A stretch of DNA of 32,000 nt from Candidatus Saccharimonadota bacterium (lineage in GTDB: Bacteria; Patescibacteriota; Gracilibacteria; UBA4473), in assembly GCA_963677105.1 (NCBI GenBank), contig OY781871.1, positions 930,417-962,416 of the forward strand, written 5' to 3'. Of the stretch, positions 10,101 to 18,242 are shown one piece after another. The notes below the pieces were generated by a model. The model ran no database searches, had not been told where the DNA came from, and was given only the letters and a program-made list of their open reading frames with translations. Both the position numbers and the translations under genes were made by a program. Position 1 is the stretch's first letter. Every line of letters begins with the position of its first letter.

Positions 10101-12144
10101 AGTATTTTCTGGAGCATTTGATTCTTCTATTATTTATTTTGATTCTAGTGGATTGTTTGGTTCTGGAACGGCTGGTACGAGTGGAGTGTCAACAATAAAT
10201 GCTTGGAATGATGGAGAGTGGCATACTTTTGATATAACAAAAAATGGAACAAATGATTACACGATATTAGTAGATGGAGAGGATGATAGTGGAGGAGCTA
10301 GCACTGGATATAGGATAACAAATGCTGTTGGTATTGCACACAGTAGTCCCTTACTTCCTTTTGATGGAGAAATTAAAGAGATAGCTATTTATGACAATAG
10401 TGATGTGGTATTAGCTCATTATATAGCAGTAAGCGAGGGTAGATTCCAAGACACGGTTTCTGGTAATTATTATTCCAGTGATGGAAGTGGATATAAACAA
10501 ATAAATATTCCTTCTCAAATAGGAAATACGGGAGTAGATGTTAATGGAGATTTTTTGACAAATGTTCCGAAAGATCTGACGCATTCAGTTCTTGCCTATA
10601 AGACAGTGGGAAGTTTTGATGGAGTAGATGATTATATTGCACTTGGAGATATTGTACCTATTTACGACAGTTCTTTTACTGTTTCTATGTGGATTTATCA
10701 TTCAGCGATAGGGGATAGAGCGATTCTATTTGGAGATTATTCTGTTCCAGGATCAAATAATAGTATGAACCTTGAAATTCACACAGCAAATCAATTGCGA
10801 TTTTGGTGGGGAGGAAGTCCACAAGTATATGGTGCTAATAATACAATTCCTCTTAATGAATGGACGCATGTAACATTTGTGAGGGATAGGGAAAATAGTA
10901 AGGTGTATTCATACGTAAATGGCGTAAAAGACATTGATTACACAGGGGCAATTATTGATAGAACGCCTACTTCTGTTTCTTATATTGGGCGCGACGGAAG
11001 AACAGGAGCAACTGCTTTTGAAGGAAAAATAAGCGATTTTCGTGTATACGATCGTGCATTATCTGATGCAGAAATATTAAAACTTTATCAGAAGGAAAAT
11101 GTAGATTTAGGATTAGTTGCATATTATCCTTTTACAGAAGGAGCTGGCATAAACGTGTATGATGTGAAAGGAGATGATATTGCGACAATAAAAGAGACAA
11201 CTGCATCAGATTTTTGGGAGATAGATTCTACACTTCCATTTTCGCAATTAGAGAAAAATGGGTTCTCTCAAGCACTTGTAAATACAACGGATGGAACGGC
11301 TTATACGCCAAGCAATGTTGCGTATGGAGAATGGGAATTTGATCTCTATAAAGATGTTGGAAGTAACGTGAATTTTGTTCCTTTTATTAATTCTGACTCT
11401 GGAACAGGGGCATTAATGGATGGTTATGGTATTTTCTTTTATCCCACAACCAATACCATAGATTTCAGAAGATATGACGATGGTGTTTCGAGTCCGTTAA
11501 TGGCTACAGCGAGTGGTTATGTTGATAATAATACTTGGTATCGTCTTAAGATAACACGTTCTCTTTCTGGCGAGTTTACTATTTATATTAAAGGAGGAAG
11601 TTTTGGTTGGACGGATTGGACTGAAGTAGTTGAAAGTACGGGTTTAAATCCAAGAACAGATAATACTTACACAACATCGAATTATTTTGTCATAGATCTA
11701 GATGAAGGGGATGAAATAGCAAATGTTACGATTGGAAATCATAGAGCGACATTACATGAATTTGAAATGGGGACAGGGGAATATGAGAAAAAGTTTCTTC
11801 CAGCAAAAAATGGAAGTGGAACTGATGTATTAGGGAGCATATTACGATTATTTGGTAATGATACATCAAGAGCTTATACAACTTCAGATTTAGCAATAAT
11901 TGTTGCGAAGAGATTAGCAAAAGCAGGAGTAAATTATTGGAATTCTACAACACAAGAATTTCTGACTGGTCGAGCAGAAGGAACACTTGTAGATGTAACA
12001 TTAAATACAGATAAAATGAAAACAACAAGCGAGCTAGCTACTATTAGTAGTACAAATTCGGCGGAAGAAGGTCATCATTATTGGGACACTTTGTTGAGAA
12101 AATTTTTAATAGGACTTGCAAACGGAACATTGACAGACTTTTAG
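7150..12144 (+). CDS. Giant secreted multi-domain concanavalin A-like/LamG lectin-fold protein (1,664 aa)
   Basis: A GTG start gives the signal peptide KNKIKILLFLLSLLCGFF. One textbook LamG_3 module spans aa 1153-1314: FDGVDDYIALGD...SFTVSMWIY...NEWTHVTFVRD...VYSYVNGV...FEGKISDFRVYDRALSDAEILKLY. At least five more divergent copies of the same pattern and two CBM-like modules follow. Composition is N/T/S/G-rich with only 5 Cys. Confidence 0.85.
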   Translation: MKNKIKILLFLLSLLCGFFPMNVIGEIASVQPARLYKATHADNNYVTFPNDIGSLKGHTVRFRTIYDSTVSTYGLFGATDSIGRRFDIYCYSGGFRVFNPKNATYSEYRKFGDSFANGDLLDVEVTWSDLDAVAPTVIVNGTTLTSGSAGNVGLSATVSTFYLYSIAVGGGIGNSTYAGNNYLGDVRVYNSSDELLHSWHLDEEEGTVVYDSIQEWESAELNIGNEFIPWGASGWTTHTNVAGGVELQSNTSAGSYTGVDLDMTCGEADNKTFRVQAIVEVTSIDTGNINIKLGSAGGGYTESSDQYRISTTGTFYIDELMVKDSYIEEHSTIPFEFSTSTDSGTTATYTISDISVKEVHAPSHGTIYNATENTFFTEDPQFKSYQNDFGYTNVINNKSATRYWDTGVTVGSSADINLENLKVEALLNVQTATANQYAFRVTNSGTDGRFYVRSNGTGGFQFGNAEIYPVSTGLFEVGEWIKVTAVSLDGIYINDVKKIDTSEGTIGTQAVNTPLLIGNTSNSLLQGIKYFKIYDGDTLIKIITVNDDGEFEDQDGNVLTASGTGDYSSMKIPVVIDKMGMAQSNDVAGGSLDSTYSGITKNEIQLAESNVAQFDGTDDWVKIPGSGTPFAGKAFTRFETKIYPTSTATYLSLFDTGMGYQIKGWRSFLNSSNQVATQLHRSSAVESITSTLSVNLNEWNTVQVEIDEVNKKMIYTINGTSEEISYVNDFVNESHSGYAWVGFSGGISYYGGLIDWLEFDTEDKTYRYDFGEGNGVIVYDRVPTAYGDNSIVSNLENSTLAPYTTFTSNGSTGFEAVSDGSGSQYCGTADEISIITGESYLVEFDLTLNSGTVPSIRFLSGDAAGTSSNIINSVEGHNQVVLTTTNTTTARMQFNNLSAVVDFEVSNLTIKEIYYPINGTITNADINTFWVTDNTTSADNLVNGFSEANMLNGVDDKTLITDSTNLGGTRAVITCRTDSSTRQAVFSGAFDSSIIYFDSSGLFGSGTAGTSGVSTINAWNDGEWHTFDITKNGTNDYTILVDGEDDSGGASTGYRITNAVGIAHSSPLLPFDGEIKEIAIYDNSDVVLAHYIAVSEGRFQDTVSGNYYSSDGSGYKQINIPSQIGNTGVDVNGDFLTNVPKDLTHSVLAYKTVGSFDGVDDYIALGDIVPIYDSSFTVSMWIYHSAIGDRAILFGDYSVPGSNNSMNLEIHTANQLRFWWGGSPQVYGANNTIPLNEWTHVTFVRDRENSKVYSYVNGVKDIDYTGAIIDRTPTSVSYIGRDGRTGATAFEGKISDFRVYDRALSDAEILKLYQKENVDLGLVAYYPFTEGAGINVYDVKGDDIATIKETTASDFWEIDSTLPFSQLEKNGFSQALVNTTDGTAYTPSNVAYGEWEFDLYKDVGSNVNFVPFINSDSGTGALMDGYGIFFYPTTNTIDFRRYDDGVSSPLMATASGYVDNNTWYRLKITRSLSGEFTIYIKGGSFGWTDWTEVVESTGLNPRTDNTYTTSNYFVIDLDEGDEIANVTIGNHRATLHEFEMGTGEYEKKFLPAKNGSGTDVLGSILRLFGNDTSRAYTTSDLAIIVAKRLAKAGVNYWNSTTQEFLTGRAEGTLVDVTLNTDKMKTTSELATISSTNSAEEGHHYWDTLLRKFLIGLANGTLTDF

Positions 12145-12152
12145 TAACAAAA

Positions 12153-12180
12153 AAAACCCTTATCAGACGACAAGGGTTTT
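12153..12180. terminator. Bidirectional intrinsic terminator between the convergent giant gene and hppA
   Basis: AAAACCCTT (12153-12161) pairs with AAGGGTTTT (12172-12180) around a 10-nt loop. An A-run lies 5' and a T-run 3', so it reads as hairpin plus U-tract on both strands. There are only 3 G:C pairs. Confidence 0.55.
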
Positions 12181-12226
12181 AAATATCAAATTTTAACTTT
12201 GCACTTTGTTATTTAAAGCAAAGCGC

Positions 12227-14257
12227 CTATCCCAATAATCCGTTTACCGAGAATAATCCAGCAAAAATTAATGAAACAACAGTCATTAATTTAATTAGAA
12301 TATTAATAGATGGTCCAGAAGTATCTTTGAATGGATCACCAACAGTATCTCCCGTAACGGCTGCTTTATGTGCATCTGATCCTTTTCCTCCATGAGCACC
12401 ACTTTCGATATATTTTTTAGCATTATCCCAAGCACCTCCGGAGTTTGCCATAGAAATAGCAAGCATTACTCCAGAAACAAGTGCTCCTGCTAATAATCCT
12501 CCAAGAGCGGCAGATCCAAGTAATACTCCAACGGCAACTGGTACAATAACAGCCATTAATCCCGGAGCAATCATTTCACGAATAGCGGCAGTGGTAGAAA
12601 TGTCTACACAACGTGCATGATCTGCTTTTGCTTTTCCTTCCATAAGTCCTTTTATTTCTCGAAATTGACGACGAACTTCTTCGATCATATCAAATGCTGC
12701 ACGTCCTACAGCAGACATTGTCATTGCTGAGAAAATAAATGGTAAACATGCTCCAAGAAGCAATCCGATGATCACCGTTGGCGACATGATATCAATTGCT
12801 TGTAAGCTTGCTGCTTGTGAGTAAGCAGAGAATAGCGCAAGCGCTGTAAGTGCAGCAGATCCAATAGCGAATCCTTTTCCAATAGCAGCAGTAGTGTTTC
12901 CCGCTGAATCAAGTGCGTCAGTTTTCTTACGAACGTCTGCTCCAAGTTCTGCCATTTCTGCGATTCCACCAGCGTTATCTGCAACTGGTCCGTATGCATC
13001 AACTGCGAGAGAAATTCCCAAAGTAGAAAGCATTCCTACAGCAGCAATAGCAATTCCGTAGAGTCCTGCAAAATGAAATGCAATAAAGATTGCCACACAA
13101 ATTAATACAACAGGAAATGCAACAGATCGATATCCAAGAGCAAGTCCTTCGATAATTGTTGTCGCGGCTCCTGTTCCCGTAGCTTCTGCTACTTTCTGAA
13201 CTGGTGAGTGATGTTCTGAAGTATAGTATTCAGTAATTTTTCCAATAAGAACTCCTACAATAAGTCCACCGGTCATAGCAATGAAAACACCAAGTCCTTT
13301 ATCTCCAAGAAAGTAGTTTGATAAAAAGTATCCTGCGATAACAACAAGAGCAGAAGCAAGCCACAATCCTCCGTGAAGAGCTGCTCCAATATTTCCTTTT
13401 TTTCCAACTCGAACGAAGAATGAACCAATAATAGAACAAATAATTCCAACTCCTGCTAAAGCAAGAGGAAAATAAATTCCGTTCATTCCAAATACAGCAA
13501 ACCCAAGAACCATCGCAGAAATGATAGATCCTACATATGATTCAAAAAGATCTGCACCCATTCCTGCTACATCACCAACGTTGTCCCCAACATTATCCGC
13601 AATTGTTGCAGGATTTCGAGGATCGTCTTCTGGAATTCCTGCTTCAACTTTTCCGACCAAGTCAGCTCCTACGTCAGCAGCTTTTGTGTAAATTCCTCCA
13701 CCAACACGTGCAAACAATGCAATTGAAGAAGCTCCAAGAGCAAATCCTGTGATAACATTTAGAATTACTTTTGTTTCAATCCCGATGTGCGTAAAGATTG
13801 CCATAAGCAATGTAAGTCCTAATAATCCAAGACCCACAACAGATAATCCCATAACTGCCCCAGAACGGAAAGCTACAGTCAGTGCTGATCCAAGACTTTT
13901 TCGTGCTGCTTCAGCGGTACGAACATTTGCTTTTGTTGCAATTTTCATTCCAAAAAACCCAGCAAGAACACTTGAGATAGATCCATATATAAATGAAACC
14001 GAGGTCCAGAGTCCTTCATTAATTGCTGTAGATTTTTCATCAAGAAAGAAGAATAAAATGACAGCAAGTATTAATACGAAAATAGAAAGTACTTTATATT
14101 CTCGAGTTAAAAATGCCATTGCTCCTTCCGCAATAGCTTGTGCAATTTCTTGCATTTTCGCATTTCCAGCTGATTTTTTTCCAATTAATATAGAAAAAAT
14201 TACAGCAACCAGAAGCGAGGCGATACTGGTAAGTCCAATGATAAGAAAATAGTTCAT
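12227..14257 (-). CDS. hppA: Membrane-bound ion-translocating pyrophosphatase (K+-dependent-type signature)
   Basis: [73 protein letters not shown] and [14 protein letters not shown]. The protein has about 16 TM segments. Confidence 0.95.
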   Translation of the reverse strand: MNYFLIIGLTSIASLLVAVIFSILIGKKSAGNAKMQEIAQAIAEGAMAFLTREYKVLSIFVLILAVILFFFLDEKSTAINEGLWTSVSFIYGSISSVLAGFFGMKIATKANVRTAEAARKSLGSALTVAFRSGAVMGLSVVGLGLLGLTLLMAIFTHIGIETKVILNVITGFALGASSIALFARVGGGIYTKAADVGADLVGKVEAGIPEDDPRNPATIADNVGDNVGDVAGMGADLFESYVGSIISAMVLGFAVFGMNGIYFPLALAGVGIICSIIGSFFVRVGKKGNIGAALHGGLWLASALVVIAGYFLSNYFLGDKGLGVFIAMTGGLIVGVLIGKITEYYTSEHHSPVQKVAEATGTGAATTIIEGLALGYRSVAFPVVLICVAIFIAFHFAGLYGIAIAAVGMLSTLGISLAVDAYGPVADNAGGIAEMAELGADVRKKTDALDSAGNTTAAIGKGFAIGSAALTALALFSAYSQAASLQAIDIMSPTVIIGLLLGACLPFIFSAMTMSAVGRAAFDMIEEVRRQFREIKGLMEGKAKADHARCVDISTTAAIREMIAPGLMAVIVPVAVGVLLGSAALGGLLAGALVSGVMLAISMANSGGAWDNAKKYIESGAHGGKGSDAHKAAVTGDTVGDPFKDTSGPSINILIKLMTVVSLIFAGLFSVNGLLG

Positions 14258-14286
14258 ATAAAAAATGGGTTAAATTTTCGTGGCAA

Positions 14287-14314
14287 ATTTTACGAAAAAC
14301 CATGTAAAACGCAA
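14287..14314 (-). promoter_or_regulatory. Candidate sigma70-type promoter for hppA
   Basis: On the minus strand: TTGCGT (14314-14309), 16 nt spacer, TAAAAT (14292-14287). It lies about 30 nt upstream of the hppA ATG. Confidence 0.4.
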
Positions 14315-14346
14315 ACTAAAATAACGAGTTGCAGATTTTAAAAATG

Positions 14347-15522
14347 CTAATTCTTCATTACGATCTTTATCCCTGGAAGTTCTTTTCCTTCAAGAAATTC
14401 GAGCATTGCTCCACCGCCAGTAGACACATGAGTAAATTGTTCTACGGAAAACCCCAGTGTTTTTAATGCCGCAACAGTATCTCCACCACCAACAATAGAT
14501 TTTGACATTTTATTTTTCGTGATAGATTGAGCAACAGCAATTGTCCCTGTGTCGAATGGTTTTTTCTCAAAAAATCCCACAGGACCATTCCAAATAACGC
14601 TTTGACTATGAGAAATTACTTCACTGAAACTTGAAATTGAATGAGGACCAAGGTCGAATATTTTCATGTCGCCACTTACGTCTTCGATTGGTACATAAAC
14701 AGAATCAGAATCTGGATCTGGATCACTTGCAACTTGAACATCAATTGGGAGGTGAATACTTGTTTTATATTCTTCTGCTAATTTTAAAACTTCTCTTGCT
14801 GTCTCAATTTCTTCTTCTTCGAATAAACTTTCTCCAATATCATATCCTTGTGCTGCCAAAAATGTGTTTGCAAGCGCACCTCCAATGAGAATGTTTTCAG
14901 CCGTTTTTGCAAAGTGTTTTAATACAACCACTTTTGTTTTCATTTTTGCTCCACCAACAACAACTGAGAGTCCTTTGATTTTATTAGTAGAAAGAAAGGG
15001 GGAGAGATGTTTGATTTCACTTTCAATAAGACGTCCAGCACATGTTTCTACACCTACTTCGGCAAGACCGACAACAGAAGCGTGTGCACGATGTGCAACA
15101 GAAAATCCATCAAGAACAAAAAGATCTGCCTCAAGTCCATCACGAATTTGTTTTGCGAAATTTGGATCATTTGATTTTTCTCCTTTCCAAAATCGAGTGT
15201 TTTCATGGAGCACTATTTTATCATCAATAGCAGTGAAATCAGAACGAAAATACACTTGTTCTCCCAATAATTTTGTAACAATAGGAACTAATATTTTTGT
15301 AGAAAGTTCGGGAACAATGTTTCCTTTTGGTCGTCCAAGATGAGTAAGTATGTGTACTTGCTTTGCGCCATTTTGCACTAAATATTGAAGTGTTGGCATA
15401 GCGAGAATAATACGACTATCATCCGTAATTTTTCCGTCTTTTATCGGAACATTAAAATCTACTCTTACAACAACTACCTTGTCTTTTACGAGCTCAGGAG
15501 TAAGTGGTTTGATGGAAATCAT
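14347..15522 (-). CDS. pgk: Phosphoglycerate kinase
   Basis: VVVRVDFNVPIKDGKITDDSRI, LTHLGRPKG, VVGGAKMKTKV and STGGGAMLEFLEG. ATG 15522 (MISIKPL...) is preferred to the track start at 15576. Confidence 0.93.
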   Translation of the reverse strand: MISIKPLTPELVKDKVVVVRVDFNVPIKDGKITDDSRIILAMPTLQYLVQNGAKQVHILTHLGRPKGNIVPELSTKILVPIVTKLLGEQVYFRSDFTAIDDKIVLHENTRFWKGEKSNDPNFAKQIRDGLEADLFVLDGFSVAHRAHASVVGLAEVGVETCAGRLIESEIKHLSPFLSTNKIKGLSVVVGGAKMKTKVVVLKHFAKTAENILIGGALANTFLAAQGYDIGESLFEEEEIETAREVLKLAEEYKTSIHLPIDVQVASDPDPDSDSVYVPIEDVSGDMKIFDLGPHSISSFSEVISHSQSVIWNGPVGFFEKKPFDTGTIAVAQSITKNKMSKSIVGGGDTVAALKTLGFSVEQFTHVSTGGGAMLEFLEGKELPGIKIVMKN

Positions 15523-15582
15523 TTTTTTGGGAAATAAATACACGTAAATTATTGGGGAAAGTTTAGTAGGTATCAAATTTTT

Positions 15583-15611
15583 TTCACAGGAAAGTAAAAA
15601 TCAGTTACACT
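15583..15611 (+). promoter_or_regulatory. Candidate promoter for gatB (possibly a leaderless transcript)
   Basis: TTCACA (15583-15588), 17 nt spacer, TACACT (15606-15611). The gatB ATG starts 7 nt after the -10 hexamer and no SD is present. Confidence 0.35.
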
Positions 15612-15618
15612 TCTCAAG

Positions 15619-17034
15619 ATGGAATTGGAAGCAATTATTGGTCTCGAAATACATGCACAACTTTCAACGGCATCAAAACTTTGGTGTGGTTGTGACAATG
15701 ACGCATTTGGAGCAGAACCTAATTCGCGAATTTGTCCTGTTTGTTGCGGATTTCCGGGAATGTTGCCCGTTCTAAATAAAGAAGCGTTGCGTTTAGCAAT
15801 GCGAGCATCAAAAGCATTGGGATGTGAGATACAAGAGTTTTCAAAGTTTGATCGTAAGAATTATTTTTATCCAGACTTACCGAATGGATATCAAATTACA
15901 CAATATGATCAACCGTTAGCATTGTCAGGAAAAGTGGAGATTATACACAACGGAAAACATAAAAAAATAGGTATTACTCGAATTCATATTGAAAATGACG
16001 CAGGAAAATTGACACATGAAAAAAAAGGAACATTCATTGATTTCAATAGAGCTGGATCACCTTTGATCGAAATTGTTACAGAACCAGAACTTCGTTCTCC
16101 ACAAGAAGCAAAAATTTTCGCCCAAGAATTGCAAAAGATTTTACGAGCCGTTGGTTCCTCAGAAGCAGATATGGAAAAAGGAATGATGCGATTTGATGCG
16201 TCAATTTCATTACGTCCCGTTGGAGACAAAAACTTATATCCACGGTCTGAAATAAAAAATTTAAACACATTTTCGGGATTAGCGCGTGCGCTTGAATTCG
16301 AAATAGAACGTCAAACAAAATTATGGGAGAAAAATGAACGTCCTCAATTAGAAACGACAAGAGGATTTGATGATGCGACAGGAAAAACGAAGTTGATGCG
16401 AAAAAAAGAATCAGCAGATGATTATCGTTATTTTCCAGAACCAGATTTGCCTCCATTACAGTTTACTCAAAAAGAAATAGAACAGTTGATAGGGGATTTG
16501 CCAGAATTACCGATTGAGAAATATATGCGTTATAAAAGCGAATTAGGGCTTACTGACGCAGAATCATTACGGTTATCTGAAGAACCAGCATTGGCAAAGT
16601 TTTTTGAAACAGCGCTTGAAAAATCAACAGAACCACGAAAAGTGGCGAATTTATTATTATCAGTGGTATTAGCAAAAACAAATTGGCAACAAACAGATAT
16701 TACGCCACAACATTTAGTAGAAGTGGTAGATTTGATTTCAGCAGGAAAAATATCGTCGACTGGAGGAAAACAGATTATAGAAGCGGCAATGAAAATGGGA
16801 AAATCGGCAATAGAATTAATGGATGATCTGGGGTTGAAACAGGTTTCAGATACGGGACAGCTTGAAGAATGGATTAATGAGATGTTAGAAGAAAACAACG
16901 AGACAGTAGAACAATTTCGTGCCGGAAAAGAGAAAGTATTAGGGTTTCTTGTGGGACAAGTTATGAAAAAATCATCAGGAAGTGCAAATCCATCTGTGGT
17001 TCAAGAAATATTATTGGGAAAATTAAAGCAATGA
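15619..17034 (+). CDS. gatB: Asp/Glu-tRNA(Asn/Gln) amidotransferase subunit B
   Basis: GLEIHAQL, CPVCCGFPGMLPVLN, RKNYFYPDLPNGYQITQ, IENDAGK, and the C-terminal YqeY-like tail GFLVGQVMKKSSGSANP. Confidence 0.95.
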   Translation: MELEAIIGLEIHAQLSTASKLWCGCDNDAFGAEPNSRICPVCCGFPGMLPVLNKEALRLAMRASKALGCEIQEFSKFDRKNYFYPDLPNGYQITQYDQPLALSGKVEIIHNGKHKKIGITRIHIENDAGKLTHEKKGTFIDFNRAGSPLIEIVTEPELRSPQEAKIFAQELQKILRAVGSSEADMEKGMMRFDASISLRPVGDKNLYPRSEIKNLNTFSGLARALEFEIERQTKLWEKNERPQLETTRGFDDATGKTKLMRKKESADDYRYFPEPDLPPLQFTQKEIEQLIGDLPELPIEKYMRYKSELGLTDAESLRLSEEPALAKFFETALEKSTEPRKVANLLLSVVLAKTNWQQTDITPQHLVEVVDLISAGKISSTGGKQIIEAAMKMGKSAIELMDDLGLKQVSDTGQLEEWINEMLEENNETVEQFRAGKEKVLGFLVGQVMKKSSGSANPSVVQEILLGKLKQ

Positions 17035-17924
17035 AATTCTTTTCGTTACCGAAAAAAGTAATAGTTATGGAATTATTATTGCTGAGTGTGAGTGTATTTT
17101 TTTTGTTTCTCGTATATAAAGGAAATACAGAGTTTCGTGTAGTTGGAACGATAGGATTATTATGTATTTTGTGGGGAAGTTTTATTGAGCCATTACTTTT
17201 AGTCATTCGAAAAAATGTTTTCCAAGAAGATTCTCTACAAGGATTACGAATAGCAGTGATATCGGATCTTCATATCGGGATATTTTGTTCGAAAAAAAAT
17301 CTAGCGCGCATTGTGCGAAAATTAAATACATTAGATGTAGACGCAGTTTTAATTCCCGGAGATTTTCTTTATGGAAAGGCAATAGATTTTGCAGGAGAAT
17401 TAGAACCACTTTCTCATATAAAAGCTCCAGTATTTGTGACACTCGGAAATCATGACCATATTTTTAAAGGAAAAGATTCGGGTATTTCTTTTTTGAGAAA
17501 AAAATTAGTATCGTTTGATGTCCGTGAGTTAAAAAATGAAGCAATTAAGTTCAAAGAAAATATTTGGTTTGTTGGAGTAGATGATAATGATTCGGGATTT
17601 GATGATTTATTGATAGCATTTCAAAATGTACCAGAAAATGCGGCAACTATTTTACTCGCGCATTCACCCGATATTCTACAAGAAAAACTTTCTGCTCGTG
17701 CAAACTTCATTATTACAGGACATACTCATGGCGGACAGATTCGTATGCCTTGGGGAAGTATTCCATTTGTAATTCCAATAAATGATTCAACGTATGATCG
17801 TGGATTATTTTCTGAAAAAAAGTTATTAGTAACTTCAGGAATAGGAATGGTCGGAATACATGCTCGATTTCTTAATCCGCCAGAAATACGAATAATTTCA
17901 TTTATTTCGTCGGATTCGAATTGA
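17031..17924 (+). CDS. Membrane-anchored calcineurin-like metallophosphoesterase (YkuE/YaeI-like), paralog 1
   Basis: Two N-terminal TM helices are followed by the MPE motifs SDLHIG, PGDF, GNHDH, LAHSPD and GHTHGGQI. Its ATG overlaps the gatB TGA (ATGA at 17031-17034). Confidence 0.8.
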   Translation: MKFFSLPKKVIVMELLLLSVSVFFLFLVYKGNTEFRVVGTIGLLCILWGSFIEPLLLVIRKNVFQEDSLQGLRIAVISDLHIGIFCSKKNLARIVRKLNTLDVDAVLIPGDFLYGKAIDFAGELEPLSHIKAPVFVTLGNHDHIFKGKDSGISFLRKKLVSFDVRELKNEAIKFKENIWFVGVDDNDSGFDDLLIAFQNVPENAATILLAHSPDILQEKLSARANFIITGHTHGGQIRMPWGSIPFVIPINDSTYDRGLFSEKKLLVTSGIGMVGIHARFLNPPEIRIISFISSDSN

Positions 17925-17993
17925 AAGAAGAAGAAAAATTTGATAAAATGCCAAAGCAAGGGTAAAAACTCTTTGCACTCACACAAACAAAAT

Positions 17994-18242
17994 ATGTTTT
18001 TTCTTGAATACTCGCTTGAGGTAATGCAATTAGCATTTGGATTAGGATTTCTTGTCCTCGTGTTTTTTGTGGTTCGTCCGTTAATTCGGATTCATCGACT
18101 ACTTGCAAAGATTGATTATTTAGCGGATAAAATGGAAGGATTAGCAGAATTATTTGAAGAATATATTCGTAAACCAGCACAAGTTATGTCGCAGGTTTTA
18201 AAATTTGTATCACCTTTTTTGTTTCGTCGGAGAAAAAAATGA
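17994..18242 (+). CDS. Small membrane protein (one TM helix plus an amphipathic helix; DUF948-like architecture, tentative)
   Basis: MFFLEYSLEVMQLAFGLGFLVLVFFVVRP then LIRIHRLLAKIDYLADKMEGLAELFEEYIRK. Its stop overlaps the next ATG (ATGA at 18239-18242). ATG 17994 is preferred to the track's TTG 17940. Confidence 0.5.
   Translation: MFFLEYSLEVMQLAFGLGFLVLVFFVVRPLIRIHRLLAKIDYLADKMEGLAELFEEYIRKPAQVMSQVLKFVSPFLFRRRKK

Noticed and set aside
11917-12226. Diversity-generating retroelement target (variable repeat at the 3' end of the giant gene)
   Set aside because: There is no reverse transcriptase gene in the window. There is also no near-identical template repeat copy at DNA level. The two C-terminal motifs are only about 45% identical at protein level.
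13749-14252. 167-aa plus-strand ORF, together with 13537..13752 and 12772..13002, inside hppA
   Set aside because: It lies entirely antisense to or embedded in a strongly supported 676-aa pyrophosphatase gene. The translation is low-complexity with no recognisable motifs, typical of a shadow ORF.
14864-15343. 159-aa plus-strand ORF antisense to pgk
   Set aside because: It is a shadow frame of a high-confidence pgk gene. The Ser/Thr/Pro/Arg-rich translation has no domain signature.
16076-16898. Minus-strand ORFs of 94-126 aa antisense to gatB
   Set aside because: They are embedded in gatB and have no motifs, so I treat them as shadow frames.
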